DNA of 27,022 bases from Meiothermus sp. (lineage in GTDB: Bacteria > Deinococcota > Deinococci > Deinococcales > Thermaceae): NCBI GenBank assembly GCA_033762915.1, contig JANRLD010000041.1, positions 1-27,022 of the forward strand, in the 5' to 3' direction. A program made the translations under genes and the position numbers. Positions within the stretch are counted from its first letter, which is position 1, and every line of letters begins with the position of its first letter. The notes below the pieces were generated by a model. The model made no database searches. It saw only the letters and a list, made by a program, of their open reading frames with translations, and was not told where the DNA came from. Below, one piece after another: positions 18,125 to 27,022 of this stretch.

Positions 18125-20383
18125 TCACCCCCGCAGGTGTACCACCGTCACCCCGTGACCGCCCTCGTAGGGCACCGCGTCGTGGAAACTGTCCACCCGC
18201 TTGTCGCGCTTGAGGGCGTCGCGCAGGGCGGTGCGGAGCGCGCCGGTGCCCTTGCCGTGGAGCAAGCGAACGGGGGTGGTGCCGGTGGCGCGGGCCTCGG
18301 TGAGGTAGTCGTCGACCACCAGCAGGGCCTCCTCGACGGTCAGGCCGCGCAGGTTGAGTTCGGGGGCAACCTTGGCCTTGGTCTTGGTGGCAGCGCCCTT
18401 GCCGCCCTGCTGCTGTTGCACCACCGGCTGCACCTTGCCCAGGGGGACCGTGACCCGCACCGCCCCCATCTGCAAGACCACCTCCTTGCCGCGCAGCTCG
18501 GCCACCGTGGCCCGCCCGCCGTACTCCGGCACATCCACCATGGCCCCCACCTGCAGGCCCGAGGGGGCAGGCCCGGGCTCGGCCTTCTCGGGCCGCTTGT
18601 AGCGGTTGCGCAGCCGCATCAGCTCCTGCAAAGCCTGCCCCTGGCCCTCCACCTTGCCCCGCTCGCGGGTCTGGCGCACCCGCTCCTGGGCCTCGAGGAT
18701 GACCTGCTCGGCCCCCTTCCGGGCCTCTTCCAGCAGTTCCTCCCTTTGGCCCTGCAACTCGGCCAGACGGCGCTCGAGTTCCTGCGCCCGGACCTCGGCC
18801 CGCTGACCTCGGCCCTCGGCCTCCAGCCGGGCCAGCCGCAGCGCATCCCGCTCGGCCTCCAGCGCCCCCAGCAGCCGCTCCAGCCGCCCCCCCTCCGGCC
18901 CCAGCAGTTCCTCAGCCCGGCGCACACCCGCGTCGGGGTAGCCCAGCCGCCGCGCGATGGAAAGGGCGTAGGAGCGGCCCGGCGCACCCACCACCAGCTG
19001 GTAGGTGGGGCGAAGGCGCTCGAGGTCGAAGCGCATCGAGGCGTTCTGGGCCCCGGCGGCGTCCTGGGCGAAGGCCTTGAGGGGCGAGAGGTGGGTGGTG
19101 ATGAGGCCCCGCACCCCCCGCGCCAGCAGCCCCTCCACGAAGGCCTGCGACAGCGCCGCGCCCTCCTCGGGGTCAGTGCCGGAGCCCAGCTCGTCGATCA
19201 GGACCAGGCTGTGGGGGCCGGCGGTCTCGGCGATCTCCTTGAGCTGGAGCAGGTTGGCGGCGAAGGTCGAGAGCGACTCCTGGATGGACTGCCGGTCGCC
19301 GATGCTGACATACAGCCGGTCGGGGAAGGCCAGCTCGGCGGCCTCGGCGGCCACGAACAGCCCGCACTGGGCCATCAGCACCGCCAGGCCCAGCGTTTTC
19401 AGCAGCGCAGTCTTGCCGCCCATGTTGGGGCCGGTCAGCAGCAGGATGCGGCGCTCCTGGGACAGCTCGAGGTCGTTGGGCACCGGGTCGGCGATCAGCG
19501 GGTGGCGGGCGGTGACCAGCCGGTAGAGGCCCTCCTGGTTGAGGCGGGGGCGGGACAGCCTCCAGTCTTCGGCGAGGTTGGCGGCGGCGCGGGCGATGTC
19601 CAGCTCGACCAACGCGGCCAAGGTCCCCTCCAGCTCGGGGTCGTTGCCCAGGACCGCCGACAGCTCGAAGAGCACCCGGTTCACCTCGGCGTCCTCCTCG
19701 AGCTTCAGGCTGGCCAGCTGGTTGTTCAGCGGCACCACGCCCTGCGGCTCGAGGTAGACGGTCAGGCCGGAGTCGGACTGGTCGAGCACGATGCCGGGAA
19801 TTTTGTTCTGGTGGCTGGCCTTGACCGGGATTACGAAGCGGTCGCGGCGGAGGGTAATGAAGCGCTCCTGGATGGCCTCGGGGTTGCGGTCGAGGAGGTT
19901 GCCCAGCCGGGTCTGGATCTCCTCGCGCAGCGGGTTGACCCGGCGGCGGATCTCCCGCAGCCGGGGCGTGGCGTCGTCCCGGACGTGGCCGGTCTCGTCC
20001 AGGCACTCGCGGACGCGCCGCAGGAAGAAGGTGTGCTCGCCCATGCCCGCCGCCAGCGCCTTCAGCCGGTCGCCAATCTCCAGCAGCTCGTGCTTAAGCG
20101 CCACGGCGGCCTCGAGGCTCCCCGCCACCTCGCGCAGCCCCAGCCCGTCCAGCCGCAGCCCCTCCCGCGCCGCTGCCAGCGCGGGCCGCAGGTCGGAAAT
20201 CCCACCCATCCGGTAGGGGTAGGCCAGGGCCTCGGCCACCGTGGCCTGCTGCCCCAGCGCTTCGGCCAGGGTGGGCTTGGGCGACAGCCGCCCCAGCGCC
20301 TCCTGCCCGGCAAAGGTGGAAGCCCGGTCGGCCAGGGCCTGGCGGACTCGAGCGAAATCGAGGGTGTCCAAGGCGTCGCGCAT
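18125..20383 (-). CDS. mutS2: Endonuclease/ribosome collision sensor MutS2
   Basis: TGPNMGGKT, SLSTF, IDELGSGTDP, TTH, coiled coil, C-terminal Smr domain (LNLRG...LHGKGTG...EGGHGVT). Start at MRDAL; TGcTACACT at 20408-20416. Confidence 0.96.
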   Translation of the reverse strand: MRDALDTLDFARVRQALADRASTFAGQEALGRLSPKPTLAEALGQQATVAEALAYPYRMGGISDLRPALAAAREGLRLDGLGLREVAGSLEAAVALKHELLEIGDRLKALAAGMGEHTFFLRRVRECLDETGHVRDDATPRLREIRRRVNPLREEIQTRLGNLLDRNPEAIQERFITLRRDRFVIPVKASHQNKIPGIVLDQSDSGLTVYLEPQGVVPLNNQLASLKLEEDAEVNRVLFELSAVLGNDPELEGTLAALVELDIARAAANLAEDWRLSRPRLNQEGLYRLVTARHPLIADPVPNDLELSQERRILLLTGPNMGGKTALLKTLGLAVLMAQCGLFVAAEAAELAFPDRLYVSIGDRQSIQESLSTFAANLLQLKEIAETAGPHSLVLIDELGSGTDPEEGAALSQAFVEGLLARGVRGLITTHLSPLKAFAQDAAGAQNASMRFDLERLRPTYQLVVGAPGRSYALSIARRLGYPDAGVRRAEELLGPEGGRLERLLGALEAERDALRLARLEAEGRGQRAEVRAQELERRLAELQGQREELLEEARKGAEQVILEAQERVRQTRERGKVEGQGQALQELMRLRNRYKRPEKAEPGPAPSGLQVGAMVDVPEYGGRATVAELRGKEVVLQMGAVRVTVPLGKVQPVVQQQQGGKGAATKTKAKVAPELNLRGLTVEEALLVVDDYLTEARATGTTPVRLLHGKGTGALRTALRDALKRDKRVDSFHDAVPYEGGHGVTVVHLRG

Positions 20384-20470
20384 AAAACGGCAAAACTCCA
20401 ACCTGACAGTGTAGCAGGGTTGGGGAGTTTAAGAGCAATCCACCCCCCGCTCTCCTGCTATCCTTTTGCA

Positions 20471-21223
20471 GTGGAGCTTTGGCACGACGCGTTCTACCGG
20501 TTTGTACGGCTCGAGGACCTGCCCACCCTAAGGGCGGAGCTGCTCGAGCGGTGCCAGTCGGCCGGGCTGCTGGGCACGGTGCTGCTGGCCCCGGAGGGCA
20601 TCAACGGGATGCTGGCGGGGACAGAGGCGCAACTGGGCAAGGTGCGGGACTGGCTCGAGGCCGACCCGCGCTTCACCGCCATGCTCTACAAACGCACCGC
20701 CTGCCGCACCCGGCCCTTCTCGAGGCTAAAGGTCAAGATCAAACGCGAGATCGTGCCGCTGGGCCTGGAGGGCGTGGACGCGACCCGCAAAACCGGCATC
20801 AACCTCTCCCCCGCCCAGTGGCGCGAGTGGATTCGCCGCGACGACGTGGTGCTGATCGACAACCGCAACTCCTTCGAGTTCGGGCACGGGCACTTCAAGG
20901 GCGCGATAGACCCCCAGGTGGGCAAGTTCCGCAGCTTTGCGGCCTATTTTGACCAGCACAAGGCCGAGTGGGAGGGCAAAAAGGTGGCGATGTACTGCAC
21001 CGGCGGCATCCGCTGCGAAAAAACCACCGCCTGGCTGGCCGAACAGGGCCTCGAGGTCTACCAGCTCGAGGGCGGCATCCTCAACTACTTCGCCCAAATC
21101 CCCGACGCCGAAGCCGACTACGAGGGGGATTGCTTCGTGTTCGACGACCGGGTGCTGCTGGACACCCGGCTCGAGGAGAAAAACCGGCCGCAGGGCGCAG
21201 GTCTCACGCCTTCTGACCCCTAA
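20471..21223 (+). CDS. trhO: tRNA U34 hydroxylase TrhO (YceA; rhodanese domain)
   Basis: FYRF, GTVLLAPEGING, LKVKIKREIV, GHFKGA, MYCTGGIRCEK, LEGGILNY, CFVFDDR. The real gene is the 3' part of the 18137-21223 ORF; TGcTATCCT lies 6 nt before GTG 20471. Confidence 0.9.
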   Translation: MELWHDAFYRFVRLEDLPTLRAELLERCQSAGLLGTVLLAPEGINGMLAGTEAQLGKVRDWLEADPRFTAMLYKRTACRTRPFSRLKVKIKREIVPLGLEGVDATRKTGINLSPAQWREWIRRDDVVLIDNRNSFEFGHGHFKGAIDPQVGKFRSFAAYFDQHKAEWEGKKVAMYCTGGIRCEKTTAWLAEQGLEVYQLEGGILNYFAQIPDAEADYEGDCFVFDDRVLLDTRLEEKNRPQGAGLTPSDP

Positions 21224-21324
21224 ACCGAAGGCCTGTGGCAAGCCATTACTCGAGCCGTTTTCTCAAAGCTTGCTCAGCCTCCCCTGCATCCTGCCCTCAT
21301 CGAAGCCACCCAAACTGAGGCGGT

Positions 21325-22521
21325 ATGCGTTTTGCTGTTCTGTTTCTCCCGTTGCTGTCTTTTACTTTGGCTCAAACTGCCCTGCCTGCCACCTTGAATA
21401 TGGGAGCAACTCGAGTGCGCCTCGAGGAGGTCAAGCGCGACCTGGGGGTTCCATGGGCGATGCGGTTTGGCCCTGATGGGCGACTGTTCTTCACCGTCCG
21501 CAACTCGCCCACGGTGCGCCTGAATGCCTTGGACTTAAGAACCGGGAACATCAGCACCTACAGCAGCACTATCAACGTCCGGGCCGAGGGCGAGGGCGGG
21601 GTGATGGGCCTCGAGCTCGACCCCCAGTTCGCACAGAACAGCCGTGTCTACATCTGCTACTCCTACTTCAAGGACGGCCGCCAGGCCGACGCCAACCGCC
21701 GCAACCGGCTCTCGGCCTTCACCGTCTCGGGCAACGGCCTGGCCGGCGAGCAGGTCCTGCTCGACGACATGCTGGGCTGGGTTAATCACAACGGCTGCCG
21801 GGTGGTGTGGGGGCCGGACGGCAAGCTCTACGCCACCATGGGCGACGCGGCAGACGCGCCCTCCAACGTCCCCGGAGAGTTCGGCTACGCGGCCAAGGCC
21901 CAGAGCCTGAAGCTGCTGGCCGGTAAGGTTTTCCGCATCAACCCGGACGGCTCGATCCCCGCCGACAACCCCTTCTACACCCAGGCGGCGGGCGCGGCCC
22001 GGGCCATCTGGACCTTCGGGCACCGCAACCCGCAGGGCCTGGCCTTCCAGCCGGGAACCGGCCTGCTCTGGTCTACCGAGCACGGCCCGAACACCCGCGA
22101 CGAGCTGAACATCATCCGGCGCGGCAAGAACTACGGCTGGCCCCGCTGCAACGGAACCCAGGCCTTCGGCACGACCCTTAACTCGCAGGCCGACGGCATC
22201 ACCTACAACTGCACCGGCGGCGACCTGCGGGACAGCTACCAGCCCGCCGTGCGCCACTACAACGACGGCGACACCGTGGCGGTCTCGAGCCTGACCTTCT
22301 ACACCGGCGGCGCCTTCCCCCAGTGGCGCGGCAGCCTGATGTTCGTGACCCTGAAGACCGGGCGGCTGTACCGGCTCGAGCTCAACGGCGAGCAAGTTGC
22401 CAAGGAAGAGATTTTGATCAACAACCAGTTCGGGCGGCTGCGCGACATCGCGGTGGCCCCCGACGGGTTGATCTACATCTCCACCGACAGCGGGCAGATT
22501 TTGCGGCTGCGGCCAGCTTAG
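21325..22521 (+). CDS. Secreted PQQ-dependent glucose/sorbosone dehydrogenase family protein
   Basis: Signal peptide, PWAMRFGPDG, GEGG, HNG, RINPDGSIPADNPF, GHRNPQG, EHGP..DELN, NYGWP, GRLRDI. Confidence 0.92.
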   Translation: MRFAVLFLPLLSFTLAQTALPATLNMGATRVRLEEVKRDLGVPWAMRFGPDGRLFFTVRNSPTVRLNALDLRTGNISTYSSTINVRAEGEGGVMGLELDPQFAQNSRVYICYSYFKDGRQADANRRNRLSAFTVSGNGLAGEQVLLDDMLGWVNHNGCRVVWGPDGKLYATMGDAADAPSNVPGEFGYAAKAQSLKLLAGKVFRINPDGSIPADNPFYTQAAGAARAIWTFGHRNPQGLAFQPGTGLLWSTEHGPNTRDELNIIRRGKNYGWPRCNGTQAFGTTLNSQADGITYNCTGGDLRDSYQPAVRHYNDGDTVAVSSLTFYTGGAFPQWRGSLMFVTLKTGRLYRLELNGEQVAKEEILINNQFGRLRDIAVAPDGLIYISTDSGQILRLRPA

Positions 22522-22662
22522 AGCGCTTCCCACGCATACTCCTTACAGCAACGCTGTAGGGAGTACATTCCCTTCCACCTCGAGGGAGGCAATGGTGGAG
22601 ACGCGATTGGCTCTTAACCCCCTACCTGGTCCCACCCTATTTGCCATAATCTGTTTATCACC

Positions 22663-23688
22663 ATGAAACGGCTTGTAGTGTGTTGCGATGGGACCTGGCA
22701 ATCTTTGGATAACGTCTATCCCACCAATGTACTCAAGATGGCGCAGGCTATTGGGGTGATTGACCAAACAGGTATTCATCAGGTGGTCTATTACGACGGC
22801 GGGGTTGGCACAGGTCGGGGGGCCAACAAGCTGACGGGTGGGGCTTTTGGGTTGGGGATTGACGACAAAATCAAAGATGCCTACCGCTTTTTGTGCCTCA
22901 ACTATGCTGCTGGCGACGAGGTATATCTGTTTGGCTATAGCCGTGGGGCGTACACCGTGCGCTCGTTGGCCGGTCTGATTTACAACTCAGGTCTGCTGCG
23001 GCGCGAGTTTATTCGCAAAACTCCTGAAGCCTATGAGCTATATCGCAACCGCGAAGGCCATGCCAGCCCCAGCGGTGAGGCCGCCCTAGCCTTTCGGGAA
23101 CAGTACGGAGATCGTATAGATATTGCGGTGTTGGGCTGCTGGGATACCGTAGGTTCGCTGGGCATCCCGGAGATATTTCCCTGGATTAGCGACCTGATTA
23201 ACCAGCGCTATCGTTTTTACGACACCACCCTAAACGCCCGCGTTTTGCGGGCTTTCCATGCGGTGGCGGTGGATGAACTTCGAGAAGTGTTCAGTGTTGC
23301 CCCAATGCACCCCAGCCCTCAGCGCGGCCCCGATCAGGTGGTGCAGGTTTGGTTCCCCGGCGAGCATACCTGTGTGGGCGGTGGCTCGAGCAAAACCCGT
23401 GGTCTTTCGGATGCCAGCCTCGAGTGGATGATGGATCAAGTCGAGCCCTTGGGCCTTGAACTCAACCGCAACCACGTCGAAGACGGTATTCACCCCGACC
23501 CCACCATTCCCTTTGACAACCGCCCCAGCGGAATTTTCCGCTACACCGGTATCGCCCCGCGCCGAATCGAAGGCCAATTTGACGATTTGCACTATGCGGT
23601 CAAGCGCCGCTGGAAAGAAGTCAAAACCTACGAACCCCAAAACCTCGAGCCATTCCAGCAGGAGTTGGAACGGTGGCATCCAGAATAG
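22663..23688 (+). CDS. DUF2235 / Tle1-like alpha/beta-hydrolase (putative phospholipase)
   Basis: CCDGTWQ, TNV, GVGT, nucleophile elbow FGYSRGAY, WDTVG, HAVAVDE.R, WFPGEH..VGGG. Confidence 0.9.
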   Translation: MKRLVVCCDGTWQSLDNVYPTNVLKMAQAIGVIDQTGIHQVVYYDGGVGTGRGANKLTGGAFGLGIDDKIKDAYRFLCLNYAAGDEVYLFGYSRGAYTVRSLAGLIYNSGLLRREFIRKTPEAYELYRNREGHASPSGEAALAFREQYGDRIDIAVLGCWDTVGSLGIPEIFPWISDLINQRYRFYDTTLNARVLRAFHAVAVDELREVFSVAPMHPSPQRGPDQVVQVWFPGEHTCVGGGSSKTRGLSDASLEWMMDQVEPLGLELNRNHVEDGIHPDPTIPFDNRPSGIFRYTGIAPRRIEGQFDDLHYAVKRRWKEVKTYEPQNLEPFQQELERWHPE

Positions 23689-23714
23689 GCCAACTCGAGG
23701 GGTTTGTTGGGCTA

Positions 23715-23917
23715 GCGCAACCGCAAAGTTACCTCATAGCTCCTTCCCCTTGACGGGGCGAGGCTGAGTGAGGGTGTCCGAGCCTCGCTGTGTGGTTTGC
23801 CGAGTAGCAAAAACCTAAAGTCAATGGCATTCGCTGCGCTCCCCTCACCCCAGCCCGTATCGAGCGCTTCACTGCTCGAAACCTCCGCTGCGCTACGCTC
23901 TCCCAGGGGAAGAGGGG
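23715..23917. mobile_element. MITE/REPIN-like element, copy 2 (right TIR not seen)
   Basis: GCAACCGCAAAGT, REP hairpin and GCAAAAACCT core are shared with copy 1; inverse REP CCCCTCACCCCAGCCC...CTCTCCC-GGGAAGAGGGG at 23841-23917. Confidence 0.7.
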
Positions 23918-24005
23918 TTCTGGCCTGCACAAGTCCTCTTCCCTCGAGCGCTCTGCACCAAGGGCTTGCACCAAAGAAAGGGTTAAGGAGAGAGCAAAGG
24001 TGGCT

Positions 24006-25967
24006 TCAGTCCTGCGGGTCGGCTTCGTTGTGGGTCTGGGGTGGGGCAGCGGGGTTTGCGGGGTCGGTGGACTCGAGGCCGTTGCCTTTCGGACTCGAGC
24101 CAGGCTGGGCCCGCAATCCGGCTCGAGGGTTGGGCGCGCCGGTGCCAAAGCTGGAGCGCTTCTGGGCGGCGCGGGCCTTCCAGCGCTCGACTGTGCCCAT
24201 CAGGTCGGCCATGGTCTCGAGCATGAAGCCGCGCTGGTCGATGCCTTTGGACGCAAACACTTTTAGGGCATAGCTATTGGCTGGACTTTGGCGCTCCTGG
24301 CGAATTAGCTCCTCGAAGCTGGGTTGGCCGGTGGCGGAGGGTGCGCGGTATTGGTCGTGAAGGTCGAAGAGGTAACCCTCAAGGCTGGCCATAGTAGCGC
24401 GGTAGCGCACCCAGCGGTGGTTGAGCCAAGAAAGGGTTTCTTTTTCGGGTTCGGCGGTGAAGCGCTGGGCCAGTTTTTGCCCTGCAATCTGGCCGCGCTC
24501 GGTTAGCTCGGTGATGACGGGTTGGGGCATGGTCAGGTTGAGGCCGCCTTCGTCGCTGGTCAGGCCAATATGAGCGATGCGGTCGCGGTAGCCGGGCATG
24601 GGAAGTTGGATGTTGTCTACCCAGTTTTGCGCGGTACTAAAGATGGCCATCGCAAACCTTCCCAACTGGCCCAATTTAGGTAGCCCTAGCCAGCTTTGCC
24701 AGGGCTGCGGGGTGCGATCGGATTGATCGAAGCGCGACCACAGCACTTTACGGCCAGCATTGTTGTCTTCGGCCACTTCCACTTTCTTGGCATTGCTCGA
24801 GTTGGCCTTTTTGCCCTCGAGGGGAATCAGGTTGATGGCGAAAGTGGGGCGTAGGGGCAGCGGGGTGTCGAAGAAGTGCACCGGGAAGTTGGAGGTGATG
24901 CCGCCATCGGAAAACCAGCAGCGCTCGAGCGGGGGGAAACGCTGCTCGGCGGTGCGCTTGGCGTCGTCCATCGCATAGAGCGGCAGGGCGCTGATCAGCC
25001 CCGGAAAGCTGAGGCTGAGCCGCACCGCCACCACCACTGGGAAGTCGGCCGGGTTGGGCAGCGGGTACAGCTCGCGCCCGTCGGCATCCTTGGCCTTGGG
25101 TCTGCCGCTGCGGCCGCTGGCCTCGAGCATCTGCGCCACCACTGCCGGGGGAAACAGCCGGCCGAACTCTTCTGGGTCGAAGTAGAAAATCTTGGTCTCG
25201 AAGGGCAGGCGGTAGGGCAGGCCGTGGGTGAGGTTGGAGGTCATCATCTGCAAGCTGACCCCACCCTTTTGCAGGTCGCCGAAGGTGAGCGGGGGGCCGT
25301 CCGGGGGGCGGGCAGCCAGCCGGTTGAGGTAGGTGTGCAGCCAGGCGGTGAGGGGGGGGTTGGGGCCGGGGGAGTGGGGGTCGGGGAGGTAGCCGTTGCA
25401 CAGGCCGTAGCCGTTGTCGGGCAACCGCCCAACCCCCCGCAGCAGCCCCAGCCCCACCCCCGCCAGCGCTCCCAGCGCCAGCACCACCAAGCCCGCCAGC
25501 CCACCCAGCAGGTTCAGCAGCAAGTTGCCGGGCTGGGCCAGGCCCAGCAGCACCAGCCCCGGCAGCAGCCCCACCGCCGCGTAGGGCCAATACTCCCGCA
25601 GCGCGGCCCAGCCCAGGTTAAGCAGTTTGTTGCCCGGCTCGAGCCCGGCCTGCAACAGCCCAAACAGCCCCCGCATGCCCGGCTGGGGCTGAAACAGCGA
25701 CAGCAGCCTCGAGCCCCCACCCTTCGCATCCTCGCCCAGCCACCCCGGCAGCTTGGCCAGCAGCTCGAAGCCCGCCCCCGGCTGGCCGCGCCCCAGTTCG
25801 GCGGCGGCGGTGGCGGCCGCCGCGATGGCCCCGGCGCTGGTGCCCCCCACGTTGCGGAAGCGGAACCGCTCGGAAAGCTCCACCACCGCCAGCGGATACA
25901 CCAGCCCACTGGTAATGCCCCCCTTCATCACGATGTCGCACTCCCGCTCTGGCGCAGCCTTGTCCAC
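24006..25967 (-). CDS. Patatin-like phospholipase with two predicted TM helices (SuhR-like)
   Basis: MKGGITSG, GTSAG, FSDGG; hydrophobic hairpin around aa 125-175; AAGGAGG SD at 25974-25980. Confidence 0.9.
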   Translation of the reverse strand: MDKAAPERECDIVMKGGITSGLVYPLAVVELSERFRFRNVGGTSAGAIAAAATAAAELGRGQPGAGFELLAKLPGWLGEDAKGGGSRLLSLFQPQPGMRGLFGLLQAGLEPGNKLLNLGWAALREYWPYAAVGLLPGLVLLGLAQPGNLLLNLLGGLAGLVVLALGALAGVGLGLLRGVGRLPDNGYGLCNGYLPDPHSPGPNPPLTAWLHTYLNRLAARPPDGPPLTFGDLQKGGVSLQMMTSNLTHGLPYRLPFETKIFYFDPEEFGRLFPPAVVAQMLEASGRSGRPKAKDADGRELYPLPNPADFPVVVAVRLSLSFPGLISALPLYAMDDAKRTAEQRFPPLERCWFSDGGITSNFPVHFFDTPLPLRPTFAINLIPLEGKKANSSNAKKVEVAEDNNAGRKVLWSRFDQSDRTPQPWQSWLGLPKLGQLGRFAMAIFSTAQNWVDNIQLPMPGYRDRIAHIGLTSDEGGLNLTMPQPVITELTERGQIAGQKLAQRFTAEPEKETLSWLNHRWVRYRATMASLEGYLFDLHDQYRAPSATGQPSFEELIRQERQSPANSYALKVFASKGIDQRGFMLETMADLMGTVERWKARAAQKRSSFGTGAPNPRAGLRAQPGSSPKGNGLESTDPANPAAPPQTHNEADPQD

Positions 25968-26011
25968 CGTGTGCCTCCTTTGGGTTGAGCAACAAGTTGT
26001 GGCTATGAACT

Positions 26012-27022
26012 TTAGCTTTGGATGATCTCGAGCAACCGCCGCACAAGGGCGGTATCTTGGTCGTCCATTCCATCAATCAAGCGCTGCAACTCCCGTTCGC
26101 CTGCCCAAATACGCCGGACCGCTTGCGGGAACAGCCAGCCCCCTTCTTCAAACTTAGGTAACAGTTCTTCAATATCTGCCTTGACCCCGGTATTGCCGAG
26201 GGCCACAGCCGCAATGCCCTGCAGCAGCGGGTCAAACCTTTCCAGTAATTCTTGAAGGGTTCTATCCGGCTGTTGCTCCGAACCCGCAGACTGGGCTTGA
26301 ATGGCGGCCAGTATGGCTTGTTGCTGTTCGGGAGGCAGTTCAGCCAACGCGGCCATGAACTTTTCGGCATCGCCGGACTGTAGGGCTTGCATCAAGGCAT
26401 CGGGCAGGTTGGCCAACAGTTCTGCCATTTGTGCCGTCCGGTTTGCCTGCTCGGATTCTTGAGGTTGAAACGATTGGAGCTTGGCAACAATCCGAGACAG
26501 CAGTCCAGCATCAGGCTCGAGCCCAGCGGCCTCACAACGCTCGATGTACTCTTTTGCGAACAAGGCCATTTTGCTCGAGACGGCAGCTGGAACTGCTTGG
26601 AAAACAGGCTCGAGTATTCGCACAGCCTCTTCGGCGGCTTTCGCGGCCCCTTGGGTATCCCCCGATTCCACAAGCCTATCGCTGAGTACACTGGCCATAG
26701 TCGAGTAATCTACATTGAAAGCCCCAGGAACTCGGACATCTAGTTCACGGTAGTAGACCAAACCCTCCTGGGCCGACGCCAGCGCACCCTCCCGATCGCC
26801 CACCGCGCTCTGACGGTTGCTCTGGTTGTTCAGGCTCGAGGCCAGGTCGGGCAGGAAGGCCTCCCGGTTGCGGGCCGCCAACTCGCGGCGGATGTTCACC
26901 GCTTCTTCGATGGTGGCCAGCGCTCCCTCCCGGTCGCCCACCTCGCTCTGACGGTTGCTCTGGCTGTTCAGGCTCGAGGCCAGGTCGGGCAGGAAGGCCT
27001 CCCGGTTGCGGGCCGCCAACTC
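26012..27022 (-). CDS. TPR-repeat protein, C-terminal part (5' end outside the window)
   Basis: 46-aa repeats LAARNREAFLPDLASSLNxQSNRQSxVGDREGALA...; C-terminal helical domain with AVRRIWAGER. Confidence 0.88.
   Translation of the reverse strand, partial: ELAARNREAFLPDLASSLNSQSNRQSEVGDREGALATIEEAVNIRRELAARNREAFLPDLASSLNNQSNRQSAVGDREGALASAQEGLVYYRELDVRVPGAFNVDYSTMASVLSDRLVESGDTQGAAKAAEEAVRILEPVFQAVPAAVSSKMALFAKEYIERCEAAGLEPDAGLLSRIVAKLQSFQPQESEQANRTAQMAELLANLPDALMQALQSGDAEKFMAALAELPPEQQQAILAAIQAQSAGSEQQPDRTLQELLERFDPLLQGIAAVALGNTGVKADIEELLPKFEEGGWLFPQAVRRIWAGERELQRLIDGMDDQDTALVRRLLEIIQS
26778..27022. repeat. Near-identical intragenic tandem repeat, 138-bp period
   Basis: 26778-26884 vs 26916-27022: 4 mismatches in 107 nt. 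Confidence 0.95.

Noticed and set aside
18137..20470. 1028-aa plus-strand ORF suggesting a giant TrhO fusion
   Set aside because: The first ~780 codons are the antisense shadow of mutS2; the real gene starts at GTG 20471 with its own -10 box.
23712..24000. Short ORFs between DUF2235 and patatin
   Set aside because: They are translations of the REP/MITE repeat (e.g. PLPLGER...GWGEG).
26778..27022. DGR template/variable repeat pair
   Set aside because: Mismatches are not confined to adenines of one copy, both copies are in-frame tandem units, and no reverse transcriptase is visible.

Overview
GC-rich chromosomal window from a Deinococcota bacterium, most like Thermaceae (Meiothermus/Calidithermus-type; inferred from Thermus-like L32, FabG and MutS2 sequences and leaderless promoters). 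The core backbone is: gyrB 5' end, a lipoprotein, mnmA, gyrA, rpmF-fabH-fabD-fabG, two more SDRs, a methyltransferase, nrdR (5' end damaged), an OmpR-family two-component pair, mutS2, trhO and a PQQ sugar dehydrogenase. There are two accessory regions. (1) An AT-rich island between mnmA and gyrA encodes an ABC/AAA ATPase with a DUF3696-type tail and an unannotated protein with TOPRIM nuclease motifs, a candidate two-gene anti-phage system. It is bracketed by CTCGAG sites and abuts a truncated HTH gene. (2) The right end holds a DUF2235/Tle1-like lipase, a membrane patatin and a TPR protein with near-identical 138-bp DNA repeats, a candidate sensor-effector system. Non-coding signals: about 100 copies of CTCGAG (HIP1-like), Deinococcus-type RDRM (DdrO operator) palindromes in both gyrase promoters, a two-copy MITE/REP element with 14-bp terminal inverted repeats, and many leaderless -10 boxes. 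No rRNA, tRNA or CRISPR array was seen. All counts are manual and no database searches were run.
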